Shown: in pieces, positions 10,670 through 21,000 of the stretch | Layout of the letters: every line of letters begins with the position of its first letter | Numbering within the stretch: position 1 is the stretch's first letter | Assembly: GCA_009602725.1 (NCBI GenBank) | Contig: WELB01000019.1 | Span: 724,883-761,287 of the forward strand | Length of the DNA: 36,405 nt | From: Spirogloea muscicola | Lineage: Eukaryota | Direction of reading: 5' to 3' | The notes under the pieces: model-generated | Database searches by the model: none | The model's input: only the letters and a program-made list of their open reading frames with translations | Told to the model about the DNA's origin: nothing | Position numbers and translations under genes: made by a program

Positions 10670-11832
10670 TCAAGAAGTTGCTGGCTGGGTTCTCAAATTC
10701 AGCTGGAAGGAGTCCAGGACACGGTGCATGTCAGTGGTGAGCTCTGGCGATGCAGGCTTGGCACTGCTGTCAGGGTATGCAATGTTGAGAATGAAGAGCT
10801 TCCGCGACGCAATTGTGACAGCTGTGAGAGTTCGCTTGATCCCCCTCGAGCTGTCCAGCGCATACTCAAGCGTGTACAGCGGTACGCCATCGCCCGTCTC
10901 GCGCTCACCCATTGCTATGATGCTTGCGTCATTTGTGCTTTGCTGTTGATATAAAGAATCTGACTGAGGACATCAGGCATGCAGTGCAGTGCAGAAAGCT
11001 GTAGGTGTTATTGAGCGAATGGGCAGTCTTAGCAGCTACACCAATAGGGAGTTCTTAAGGGGTTGTACGTGAGTACTTACTTAAACATTAAAGGACGCAG
11101 ACTAAAGGGAGAGAGGAGCGGTTGTGACATCTCACCTTCTTCTTCTCGGCTTCGATGAGCTTTCCCGCAACAACGTCCAGGCTGCCGAACTGCCGCAAGG
11201 AGTCAATCCGCACGGGCGTGACGACCACGCCCAGGCTGCGCTTGCGGTCCAGGGGGTCCTCAAAGAGCAGCGTGGCCCCCGCCTTGTCCACCTGCCACGA
11301 TGGTCAGGGCTAGTGACTACGACCATTCTCAGCTTACAGCTCATGGGTTCGAATTTAGAGTCTGCATGCGATCGGCACTGGCCTGCCACAGGGTCCGCCT
11401 GGGCTGGAGGCCGCACACCTTCTCCCACCGCGCCGGCCGCAGCAGCGCAAACCCTTGGTCGGCGTCGACGTACTCTACCAGCTCGTGGCCGCCGCCGCCG
11501 TCCGCGGGCGCCTGGCTTGCGCCCACGGCTGGCTCGATCGACTGCGCCTCTGCCGCCGGGGCCTGAGCCTGCGCTGCCGCCGCCACGCCGCCGCTGCCAA
11601 TGGCGGTGGCGACGGCGGCGAGGACTTGCCGCCGCAGGCAGAGGCTAGCAGGCGCCGCCACAGGCTCAGTCGGTAGCGAGCGCTCCGCTGCCTGCGAGCC
11701 CGCCGGTCGCAGCGCCGCCGGTACTGGAACGCCGCGCGCCCGAGAGGCCGGCGCCACTGGCGCCCAGCTCGGCCGGCCTCCGCCAGCAACGCCGGCAGCT
11801 GCCGCGGCGGCGGCGCCGCCAATGGCAGCCAT
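10670..11832 (-). CDS. PPD2: PsbP domain protein 2 (thylakoid lumen)
   Basis: Exons 11832-11419, 11291-11136, 10942-10670. A transit peptide with twin-Arg RRQVLAAV...AQA is followed by YVDADQGFALLRP..W..VDKAGA..LFE..GVVVTPVRI.SL.QFG...LIEAEKKK..ST...YTLEY.LDSSRG...LFILNI...SF. Confidence 0.88.
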
Positions 11833-11985
11833 GGGGATTGCTGTGATGGCCCGGGCCAGACTGCTGGTCCAGCTTGCCTTTCCTGGCAGGCAAACGGCGA
11901 GCAAGTCACTCTGACTGGGTTGCTGACTGGCTATTGATTTCTAGGCTCCCGTTCGCTCTGTCTCTTGCATAGACGTATGATTTTG

Positions 11986-12044
11986 GCGCCTCCCGGCCCT
12001 CAGGCCGTGTCCGTTCTTCCGGGGCTGGCCTTTGTTCAGCCCCT
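11986..12044 (-). repeat. Repeat R copy D (inverted)
   Basis: Reverse complement reads ggggctgaacaaaggccagccccggaagaacggacacggcctgagggccggg, similar to copy B. Confidence 0.6.
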
Positions 12045-12156
12045 ATCCTTAATGGGGGAGCACTTTCTTCTTCTCATTCACAGCCCCGCCACCGTTGGAA
12101 GAGAAGACGCTTTCGGGAGAGGGGATAAGCGCGGCCAGAGCCCAGGAGAGGGCGGT

Positions 12157-12280
12157 GGCTGTGAGAGGCCAGCCCAGAAAGAAGAATGAACAAAGTCTGA
12201 AGGGGCCAGATATAGCTTTAGAGCGCACAGTGAATCAAGCAGCCACGAAGCTCCCAGTAACCTCTGCTGAGCAGCCTCAG
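12157..12280 (+). mobile_element. Repeat R copy E plus a segment matching the 3' end of the RLE ORF
   Basis: ggctgtgagaggccagcccagaaagaagaatgaacaaagtctgaaggggcca, then cagtaacctctgctgagcagcc, which matches cagtaacctctgctaagcagcc at 3314-3335. Confidence 0.72.
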
Positions 12281-12852
12281 CCACCTTTGGAAGAGCTCTC
12301 GTTTTTGCTGGCATCTGCCCAGCAGCTCCGAAAAGTTTTGCCGCCTGCGTCTGACGCATAACCACTCCTCTGCCAGTCGAGGCCATGTCCGTGACGCCTC
12401 GGCGAGGGGCCAGCACATCTCCGGACCAACAACGGCGTTAGCAGGGTGCCAGAATTTTCACGCAAAGACTACTGAACGCTGTAGAGCCACTGCCGCCCTA
12501 TCTACTCTTGGCCCTCGGCACGAGCTCGGTAGCTGCGCTAGCTTCTATTTGATCTCTGCGTATGAACAGGATTAGGGGTAGAGGCTCTACATCTGAGCAG
12601 ACAGGGAACTTTGTGGCTTCTGAGAAAGAACAAAGCTGCCCTAAATGTGTTGGTTAAGCAGGATAGGGGGCGAAGGACCTAGTTCTCCAATGCATGGCAG
12701 CTGTTGGGTTCTGGGAAGGGGGGCGTCGAGTATGGAGGGTGGAAGTGCAGGGAGGAGGGATGTCGGTAGCAGAGCAGCGGCCGTGAGCTGCTCAACAGCG
12801 ACGGCAGCGGCGGCAAGGCGGATGCCGCGATGGCCGCAGCGCAGCGGCTTGC

Positions 12853-15800
12853 TCAGAGTCTCCGCGCTGGCTCCTTAAAAAATGGGTGTTTTAGGGCCTC
12901 CTTGGCCGGCAACCGCTCCGCAGGCTCAAATTTGAGCAGCCCATGCAGGAGGTCGATCAGCGTCCCGGCCGAATGCTCCACGTGGCCCATGATCAGGTCC
13001 TGGGGGGCGCCAATGGCAATACATTTGGGACCGCCATCAGCATCCAACGGCTTCAGAATCATGACTACAACTTGAAGTGAAATGGGAGCCTGCCCAAATG
13101 CCAGCTTGACATGCTTCTGCAATTAAGTCAGTAAGAGGCCGCCGCTCACTCGTAATCGAGGCAGCCTTCGGACTGCCCGGATGCTCTCGCGCGACAGTGA
13201 TCCCTCAGGCCAGTTGAGCTCCCGCCCGTGCCTGAAGTACTTCTCTGCACGCCGACTGCAGTGCGTGCAAGCAAATCAATCGAGTGGCCCACATATGACG
13301 CTGCACCTTTTACTATTGATGCAAGAAGAATGAGTTGGCCCTTGATGATGCAGCAGTTCGACCTAGAGCACAGCAGCATGCTGCCTTGTCCAACCCGAAA
13401 GGTGACCATAAGAAGGCTGCTTGCTGCACACGAGCATCGGGATGGCCACATATCTAAGGATAACAACACTCACTCTGCCCGCTTAATCATCTGCTGCGGG
13501 ATTGGCCCCAGGACACGCTCCATCATCGCCAGGTGCTCCAGGTTTTCATGAGTCTGGAAGAGCGCGTCACCCTGTCGAACCAGAGAGGACACGCAAGCAA
13601 CTAAGACTTGCAAACTCGCACATTGAGCAGCAAGGGCCCTCAGAAACCCTTGCAAGGAGAATGCAAGAGCAAACCCAGGAACCTTCTGACTTGGTGATGC
13701 AATCAACATGCATTACACTTACAGGGCAACAAATTGGGCCCAGAGAGATGCAATTCGTGGTGCAAACACATACGATTTGAAAATACATGATACATATCTA
13801 GCAAGCATGTTGCCCCAGCGTCTCTTCTGAGGAGACACTTACTGTGACGAGCTCCACGAGGATGCACCCAACACTCCACATATCACATGGATATGTCCAA
13901 CCCAGACCTATAGGAACCACAAAGAAATGTAAGCTCAGATTTGAGCAACTTGGTGGTGCTCTATGGAGGACTCATACAAGGACAGACACCACATCAAGCT
14001 TGTAAGGAAGATGCACTGCCGGCTTGGCAAACGCCATACAGAGGAGAAGCTCACCAAGGATGACTTCTGGCGCGCGGTAGTGCCGTGTGGAGACTACGGA
14101 GCAGTGGTAGTGGGATTCAAAGGTTGCGCTGCCAAAATCGATGAGCGTGATGGCATTGGAGGACGGCACTCGTTTGTAGTGCTTCTGCGCTTGGGAGGCC
14201 TTCTGCAAGCATCACAACAATGGCACGGGGTTTACTTAACTCCTCTCTCCTGGCCTGCAACAAACTCTGGGCACCGCGTGCCTTTGAGACGAGCTCCTTA
14301 TAACTGTCTATCGTTTGGGATCTCACAAAGAGTAAGCTGCAGTCAGCAAACAAGCCCTTCACAATACTACAGAGGCCAGTAATTGTGTCATTCAGCACCT
14401 TGTACTCGGGCACGCGGATGTAGTCTGGGGCCACAAGGAGGATATTTTCTGGCTTCAAGTCCGTGTGAATGAGCGTCAGCTCGTGCATGTCTGCATCGCG
14501 CCCCAGCCAATCGAAGCGCAGCTCGCCCTCACTCCCAGCGTCAGGGCCAATACGAACACCGGCGCCTCCATCAGTCAGTCTAGGCATGACTGCAGGAGGT
14601 CTCCAGCGGGCTCGCGTGACTGCAGCGGCGGCCGGGCCAGCTCTGTGGGTAGTGGCAGGGCCCTCCGCTTGCTGGAGCGCTTACGAGCGCAGGGGACGGG
14701 GACGACTCACAGGCCACGGACTCGAGAAGCTGGCGGGAGAACTCGCGCGCCTGATCCACGGTGAAAGGCCTGTAGTTGTTCTTCCGCAGGAAGTCGTACA
14801 GGCTCGGGCCCAGCCTCTCGAAGACCTGCAGCGCGGCGCGGCCCTGGAGCTGAGCCGCTAAGCAGATCATGGCAGCACAGCACGACGCTGCTCCTCCTGG
14901 AAACCCCAACGGCAGGCCTGCTCGGCCAGCCTTGCTGTGCATTCCCATGAGCCTCGTGGTCTGCCACCAGAGCCAACGCAGTTGCCAACGCAGGCTAAGA
15001 CCTAAGCTGCCAGACCCCAGCAGGCACACCGCAGGGAGGGCAAGGTGGTGAAGCTACTTGCTGAGCAGCAGCACGCCACAGCGACTCACCATGCAGATGT
15101 GGTTGCGGTAGTCAAACCAGTCCTTGAGCTGGACGCAGCCTCTGCGCCGAAGGCGGCGGCGGCGGCGGCAATGGCGGCAGCTTGGTCAGCTCGTGCCGGC
15201 GGCAAGCGTGCCGTGCCGAGGCACAGATGTGCACATTGTCTGGCGCTGGCTGCCGGGCGGTGGCAGCTTTGGTCAACCTGGAACCGGTCTTGTCGTGCTT
15301 GGCGAGCGCGGTGAGGACATCAATCTCAATCATTGCCGCATCGCGATACTTCTGCACGTTCCGGATGACCTTGATGGCCACGTACTCCTGTGCCTTGCGG
15401 TCCCAGCACTCCACCACGCGGCCGAACGTCCCTGCTCGCCCGGTCGCAGCCCCGCCGCAGAAGAGTAGCCATGAGCGGCCAGCACACCTCACGACCGGCA
15501 ACCTTATTGGCTCGCCAGGCGCACTCATGGAGCTGAAGCAATGGTGGTCCGTAGGCGCAGTGTGTGATGCTGCACGTCCAGCTGTGCAGCCCCTGAGTTG
15601 AGCTGCCAGTGTAGTGCAGCGCCTTACCTTCGCCCATCTTGCTCAGTATCTTGTCTGCACACACGCAAACACGCAGAGCAACCGGCCTCGTCATCGTGCA
15701 CAGTGCCGTGGCCAAGCTGTGTTGTCGTGACCTCTGGCTCGCACGTCACACAGATGGAGCGACAGACAGCCGCCAGAGGGACGCAGCTGTGACAGAGACG

Positions 15801-16464
15801 GCGAACGGAAAGGCTCGCTCACATCTCGGTGTGAGGTTCTCGCCCAGCTGGTAGACGTAGTGCCCGTCCTTGTCATCCTCCCACCAGGGCGCGGACGCGG
15901 CGCGCCCTGAGCCGCCGTTGCTCTGCGATGGTGGCGCCGACGGCGGCGTGTGCGTCGTCCAGAAGGACCCGCCGCCGCCGCCGCCGCTGCCACCACCTCC
16001 TCCTCCGCCGCCGCCTCCTCCTCCTCCGCCGCCGCCGCCGCCGCCGCTGCCACTGCCGCCGCCGCTGCCGCCTCCAAGCGCGGAGGCGCCAGTGGCGCCG
16101 CCCAGGCTGAATCCAAGGCTGGAGAGGACGCTTGCCGGCGCCGCCAAGTACGACAGCGACGCCGCGGCGTCGCCCCGGCCGCTAGGGCCCGCCTCCTCCT
16201 GCGAGCCGGGAGCAGACGGCGGCCTGCTCAGCGCCCGTCGCCGCGCTGGTAGCCTTTCCAAGCTGTGCCACGGCGCAGCTGGCACACCGCAACCAACGGC
16301 GGCGGCGGCGGCTGCGGAGGCGGCGCCGTCGGCGGCGGCCGCGGCGGGCTCTGGTTCGGCTAGGCCGGGGCTGGCTGGCGGGGAACCTCGTCGGCAGGCA
16401 GCGAGCTGGCGTCCAGCCGCGGCCGCTTCTCGGGCCGAGAGTCGAAGGCCAGCGGGTCCATCAT
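12853..16464 (-). CDS. AFC: LAMMER dual-specificity kinase (AFC/CLK family)
   Basis: MMD...RPEKRPRL...DDKDGHY...GENLTPRYKILSKMGEGTFG...VAIK...HTDLKPEN...IDFGSA...STRHYRAPE...EHLAMMERVLG...HPFF across more than 10 GT-AG exons. Confidence 0.95.
15968..16075. repeat. (CCG/CCT)n trinucleotide tract encoding poly-Gly in the AFC N-terminus
   Basis: Visible gccgccgcc/cctcctcct run; translates as GGSGGGSGSGGGG... on the minus strand. Confidence 0.85.
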
Positions 16465-16678
16465 GGCGGCGGCAGCGGCGTCGGCGGCGGTGAGTGCGCC
16501 TGCGAGTGCGGCGGCGGCCCCGCCGGGCTTCCCGGCTGCGAGGGCGAGGGCCGGGAGTATGCCTGGCGCGGGGGGGGTGGACTGATCTTGCTCATTTCGA
16601 GAGCTCGTGGCTGGGTCTATTGGTACTTAAGTAGAGGCGTGGCATTCGGCGACGAAATTGAGCCTCGCGCTCCCCGCT

Positions 16679-16745
<67 letters not shown>

Positions 16746-16746
16746 N

Positions 16747-17670
16747 CGGCGGCGGCGGCCCGGCGGCTGCGCGGCGCGGGCGGGCCTCCTGCCGGGCCTG
16801 CCGGCAGACCCCTGGTCGCCGGGCCCCGCAGCAGCGGAGAGCATCGCATCGTCGCTCTTCGCCGCGTCGCTGCTGCCCTACCTCGGCTTCCTCTACCACC
16901 TCACCAAGTCCGCCACCGCGCCGCGCCTCACGCTCTTCGGCTTCTACTTCCTCCTCGCCTTCGTCGGCGCCACCAGTAAGCTGCTTCCCATAGCAGCCGC
17001 TCATTCAATATCAGCGGCCGCATTCTGTATGCATTTCCCGCGTCAGTAGTGGCGCTCTCGAGGCCATGGCTCTGCCTCTGGCCTCGCCATATTCCTCACC
17101 CCACCCGATGCCGAACGAGGTGACCTGAGCTTGACCGTGATCTGCCTAGCGACTGGCTGCCCCCCCTCCTCACCTGCCTCATTGTCGGTGTGCAGTCCCT
17201 GCAGGCATCATTGGTGAGTCCTCACCGATGTGGCTATGGCAGCCCAATGGACCCTCAGTGACACGCTTCTTCATGCTGTCAGATCGCATTTACCTAGTCT
17301 GATGTCTTGACACGACTCTAAATCTGCGGGCGCTCAACTTCAAGGGCCTGCCACTATGGCCAGCAGCAGCTCTCGTTTGCATCAAGTTTCATGTGAAAGC
17401 TGCTGCTCATTGTTCGTCTGTTAAGATTTTCCTGTAATGCATTGTGTGGCTGCAGCTAAGCTCGTGTACAACACATCCCTCTCAAATGTCGATTACCTCC
17501 ACGGGAGCGCAGAGTCGCTGCTTACCATCACCAACCTGCTTATCGTCCTGGGTTTGAGACAAGGCCTTCGAGAGGCTGCAGATGGCAGCCCAGCAGAGGA
17601 AGGTGAAACTAGGGCCACAGCAGAAATGACTGGAAGAACTGAGGAGAGCAGCATGCCTCTGAGCAAGTGA
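16747..17670 (+). CDS. DUF3593 family membrane protein (cyanobacterial/plastid type); start obscured by a poly-T artefact
   Basis: SLFAASLLPYLGFL...LFGFYFLLAFVGAT|IPAGII|AK.VY.TSLSNVDYLHGSAESLLTITNLLIVLGLR. Exons end at 16975, then 17196-17213 and 17456-17670. Confidence 0.85.
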
Positions 17671-18093
17671 AGCTGGCTGCCATATGCTCATGCCACTCCT
17701 TGCGTACAGAGAAGACCTCCTAATATTAGCCCTTCACCCTCCGAAGCTAGGGCAGCAGGTTAACTACCTCACTGCTACATGTGAGGACCATTAAGTGCAA
17801 GCTTAGTCACAATCTAGAGAAGTGGTCAACTATCTCCATAAGCCAGCAATCTTGTGGCAGGCAGTCACTTGTGTGAGCCTTCTACTTGGCTCGTTCTGGT
17901 CTTTCTCCTAGCCACGTCCACATTGGACCAGCTAATCTTAGAGAGACAGCTACAGAAATCCAGGGAAGAACGAGTCTTAGGCTCACACACAGCACATGTT
18001 CACGTATTTGACAGCATGTTGTGGATCAGGTGTGCAATATGTGCAGTACGTGTGCCACCATTCTCAGCACGGTTTCTAATGATAGCCTAAAGA

Positions 18094-21000
18094 TCAGCCA
18101 GAGACAGCTGCAACGCAAAAGCTAGAAGGATTGATGGTGGCGCTCTTAGTGCAGTTGTCGGTCTTGTAGATGCCGACTAAGCGGTCGGCCAGCTCGAACA
18201 TGTTGTTCCTTAGGCTTTGCAGGCACATAAAGAGAAACCATGCCAAACACTATAAGTAATGGGCACAAAAATATTGCTACAAGCAGAGCTCGTATCTCGA
18301 AGTGCTGCATGAGTAAGTCCTATGGTCTTACCTGATGATGATGAATTGGGCATCCTTGGTGCGCTCCTTGATGTAATGGGCGACAATTGAGACGTTCTTG
18401 AAGTCTGCAAGGTGGAGTACACAATCGCAGATGTCCAATATGTGCATATGCCAGTTCAATCAATATGCTCTATCGAAGTCATTTCACTGAGTGTCTTGTG
18501 CTGTTGAGAAGCAGCCTACACAGCATAGATAACCTCAGGTTGGCTGAGTGGACAAGATATCAGGAAAGTACCTAGAGCTGCATCAATTTCATCCATCACA
18601 TAGAGGGGGGTGGGCTTGTAGTGATGGAGAGCAAAGACAAGTGCCAGGGAGCTCAGAGTCTGCAGGCAAAGCCGCTGAAGGAGTGAGAATGCCATATGCT
18701 GAATCAGAGATCGTTCTACAAACAGGAGCACCGAGCGTTCGTTCTTGCATACTACCGCGTAGCATGCAGCATCATGTCACACTTTTGATCCTCAGCCTCA
18801 TGCGGGCCTTTCAGGCCCTTGCTTTGAGCTGTAATACTCTAGGGTATTATGAAGCAAGCAGGCTGGCTGCATGCTGACCTTTTCACCTCCTGATAGATTC
18901 TGGATGCTCTTCCAGCTCTTTTTGGGTGGTCGTACACTAAAGATGATGCCCTCAGAGAATGGGTCTAAAGAGTCCACAAGCTCCAGCTCTGCATCTCCTC
19001 CCAACGTTATCATCTGACCAACTTGCAGGTTATTCAGTTGTCAAGGACTCTCTTGCTTGATGCATCCGTAAATTCTCATAGCTCAGGGTGGACGGACTCG
19101 TGTCTTGTCCTCCAAGAATTTGCTAGCAATCACTACTTACATGTTTGCTACTGCACCTTAACGCACAGTGGATAGTCGAGACTGATCTTACTAGGCACCT
19201 GATACATCTCTTTAAGCTTCAAGGTGATGACACTATATCCTGCCATGAACTCGTTGAGTCTGCAACAAAATACTTGTAGTCAAGGTCAAGCATGATGACA
19301 GTGGTCACATTGCAAGCAAGCAGTTGTGCAAGAGGGGCCTAACACTCTTATTCTGCACTTTCAGTGACTGACACGCGCGCGCAGGTGCTTTGGGGATAAC
19401 AAGATGCACTAACATTGAGCAGCAATACTCCAGCAGGTCACATAATCATGAAGTATTGACATTAATTTGAGCTGTATTACCTGTGCTTGCAAAGCCCATC
19501 ATACTCTTGCTGCACAGCATCCCTCTCTTCTGTCATGCGGTTGAGGTCCTCCACTCTCTCCTCTAACTCTGCAGCTTTTGTCCTGTACCTGTGCATCCAA
19601 GTTGCCTTGGCAATCTCCTTCAGGCCACTAGTATATCTTGAAAGAGGCTGAAGAAAGTTAGCAGTAAAAGCAAGCGATGGGTATCACTTGTAAGGATAGT
19701 ACAGTGATTTGTAGTCTTTAAAAGAGACAAAGATTAAGACGAGCAGGGCTGACGAGACTGGCGTACTCTGCCATAGACGCCATATTTGGCTTCATCTCTT
19801 GCAGCTCCACTTCCAACTTGGCCAAATCGCTTTGGGCCTTCTTTTGAGCTGTGGCCCTCCCTTTCTGTGTGTCTTCTCTCAACTCCTCCACAGCCAGCTC
19901 CTCCAGGTAAAGTCCTTCATTGCTTAGCCTGAACAGCAAGACGTGGCACTATCTGATCCAACAGCTTCAGGAAGGTGTTCATTGATCACCTCAATCGACA
20001 TGAATTACAAAGTGCAAGGCGATTTAAGATGCAACAAAGTCTCTCAATATTCAAAGCTTGTGCTGTTAGTACTTACAGAGCACACTGTGCCTGCTGTTGG
20101 TTGTGCAACTCCTCCAGCTGTTGCTGTTGAGCTTGACATCTTGACTCCAAGCCTTGCAACTCCAAGCTCAACTCCTCAAGCTTGACTTCCTCTTCACCCT
20201 GCAGCAAAGAGCTGTATGTCAGTGGTTGGCTTTTGCATGAAATTCAGCTTTCCCGGACATTCCTCTACCTAAAGTCTGGTGGAATATACTGTGCGCTTGT
20301 TTACACAGCTGCCAATAAGGGGACTGAAGCAGGCACAAGCTATATAATATACACTAGCTTTCATATAGGCATCACAATCAAGGTGCCCACAATACCGTAG
20401 TTGAGACCATCTTTTCTTTGGCTGCCTTGATTCTGTGAAAGTTCTTACTGACTGCCTCGAGTTCTTTCCTCCTGGTGTCCACGACCTGCCTCAATCAGCG
20501 ATCAACATCCGTGAGATCGAGAGGCCCTCACAGCTGAAAGGCCCCTAACAGATTGTTGGTGCATTCTTACATGGATGGATAAGCAGGCAAAGCACGCTGA
20601 CATGTAGTGTATGGAAGATGAAGCTTCTACAGGCTGTGGTATATACCTCCTGCATCTCCGTGTACTTCTCTTGGACACCAAAGGCCAGCATCTCTAACTC
20701 CTTGTATTCTGCTAGCTTGGTGGATTCCTTTTCGATATGTGCAAGTCTTTCCTCGTCAGCAAGTGCCACGGCCTTCACCAATTTGTCCACCATATTCTTA
20801 TTACTTGCTACTTGCACCTTTCTCTTGCTTATTTCCAATCCATTGGTGTCCAATGCCTGAATTACAAAAGAAGGACCGTGTCACTCTAAGAGTACGAATG
20901 ATGTCAGTGATTTAATCCTATATCTAAGCCTGACCTCCTTACACAATTGCGCGATGGGCTCAACTGATTTGACAGGAAGGGCACATGCCTCTCATACCTG

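Noticed and set aside
11340..11360. GGTTCGAAT B-box-like motif
   Set aside because: Lies within a PPD2 intron with no cloverleaf context.
12345..12380. tRNA A-box-like sequence on the minus strand (tggcagaggagtggttatgcgtcagac) as a SINE head
   Set aside because: Spacing is imperfect and no downstream B-box is visible; insufficient to call.
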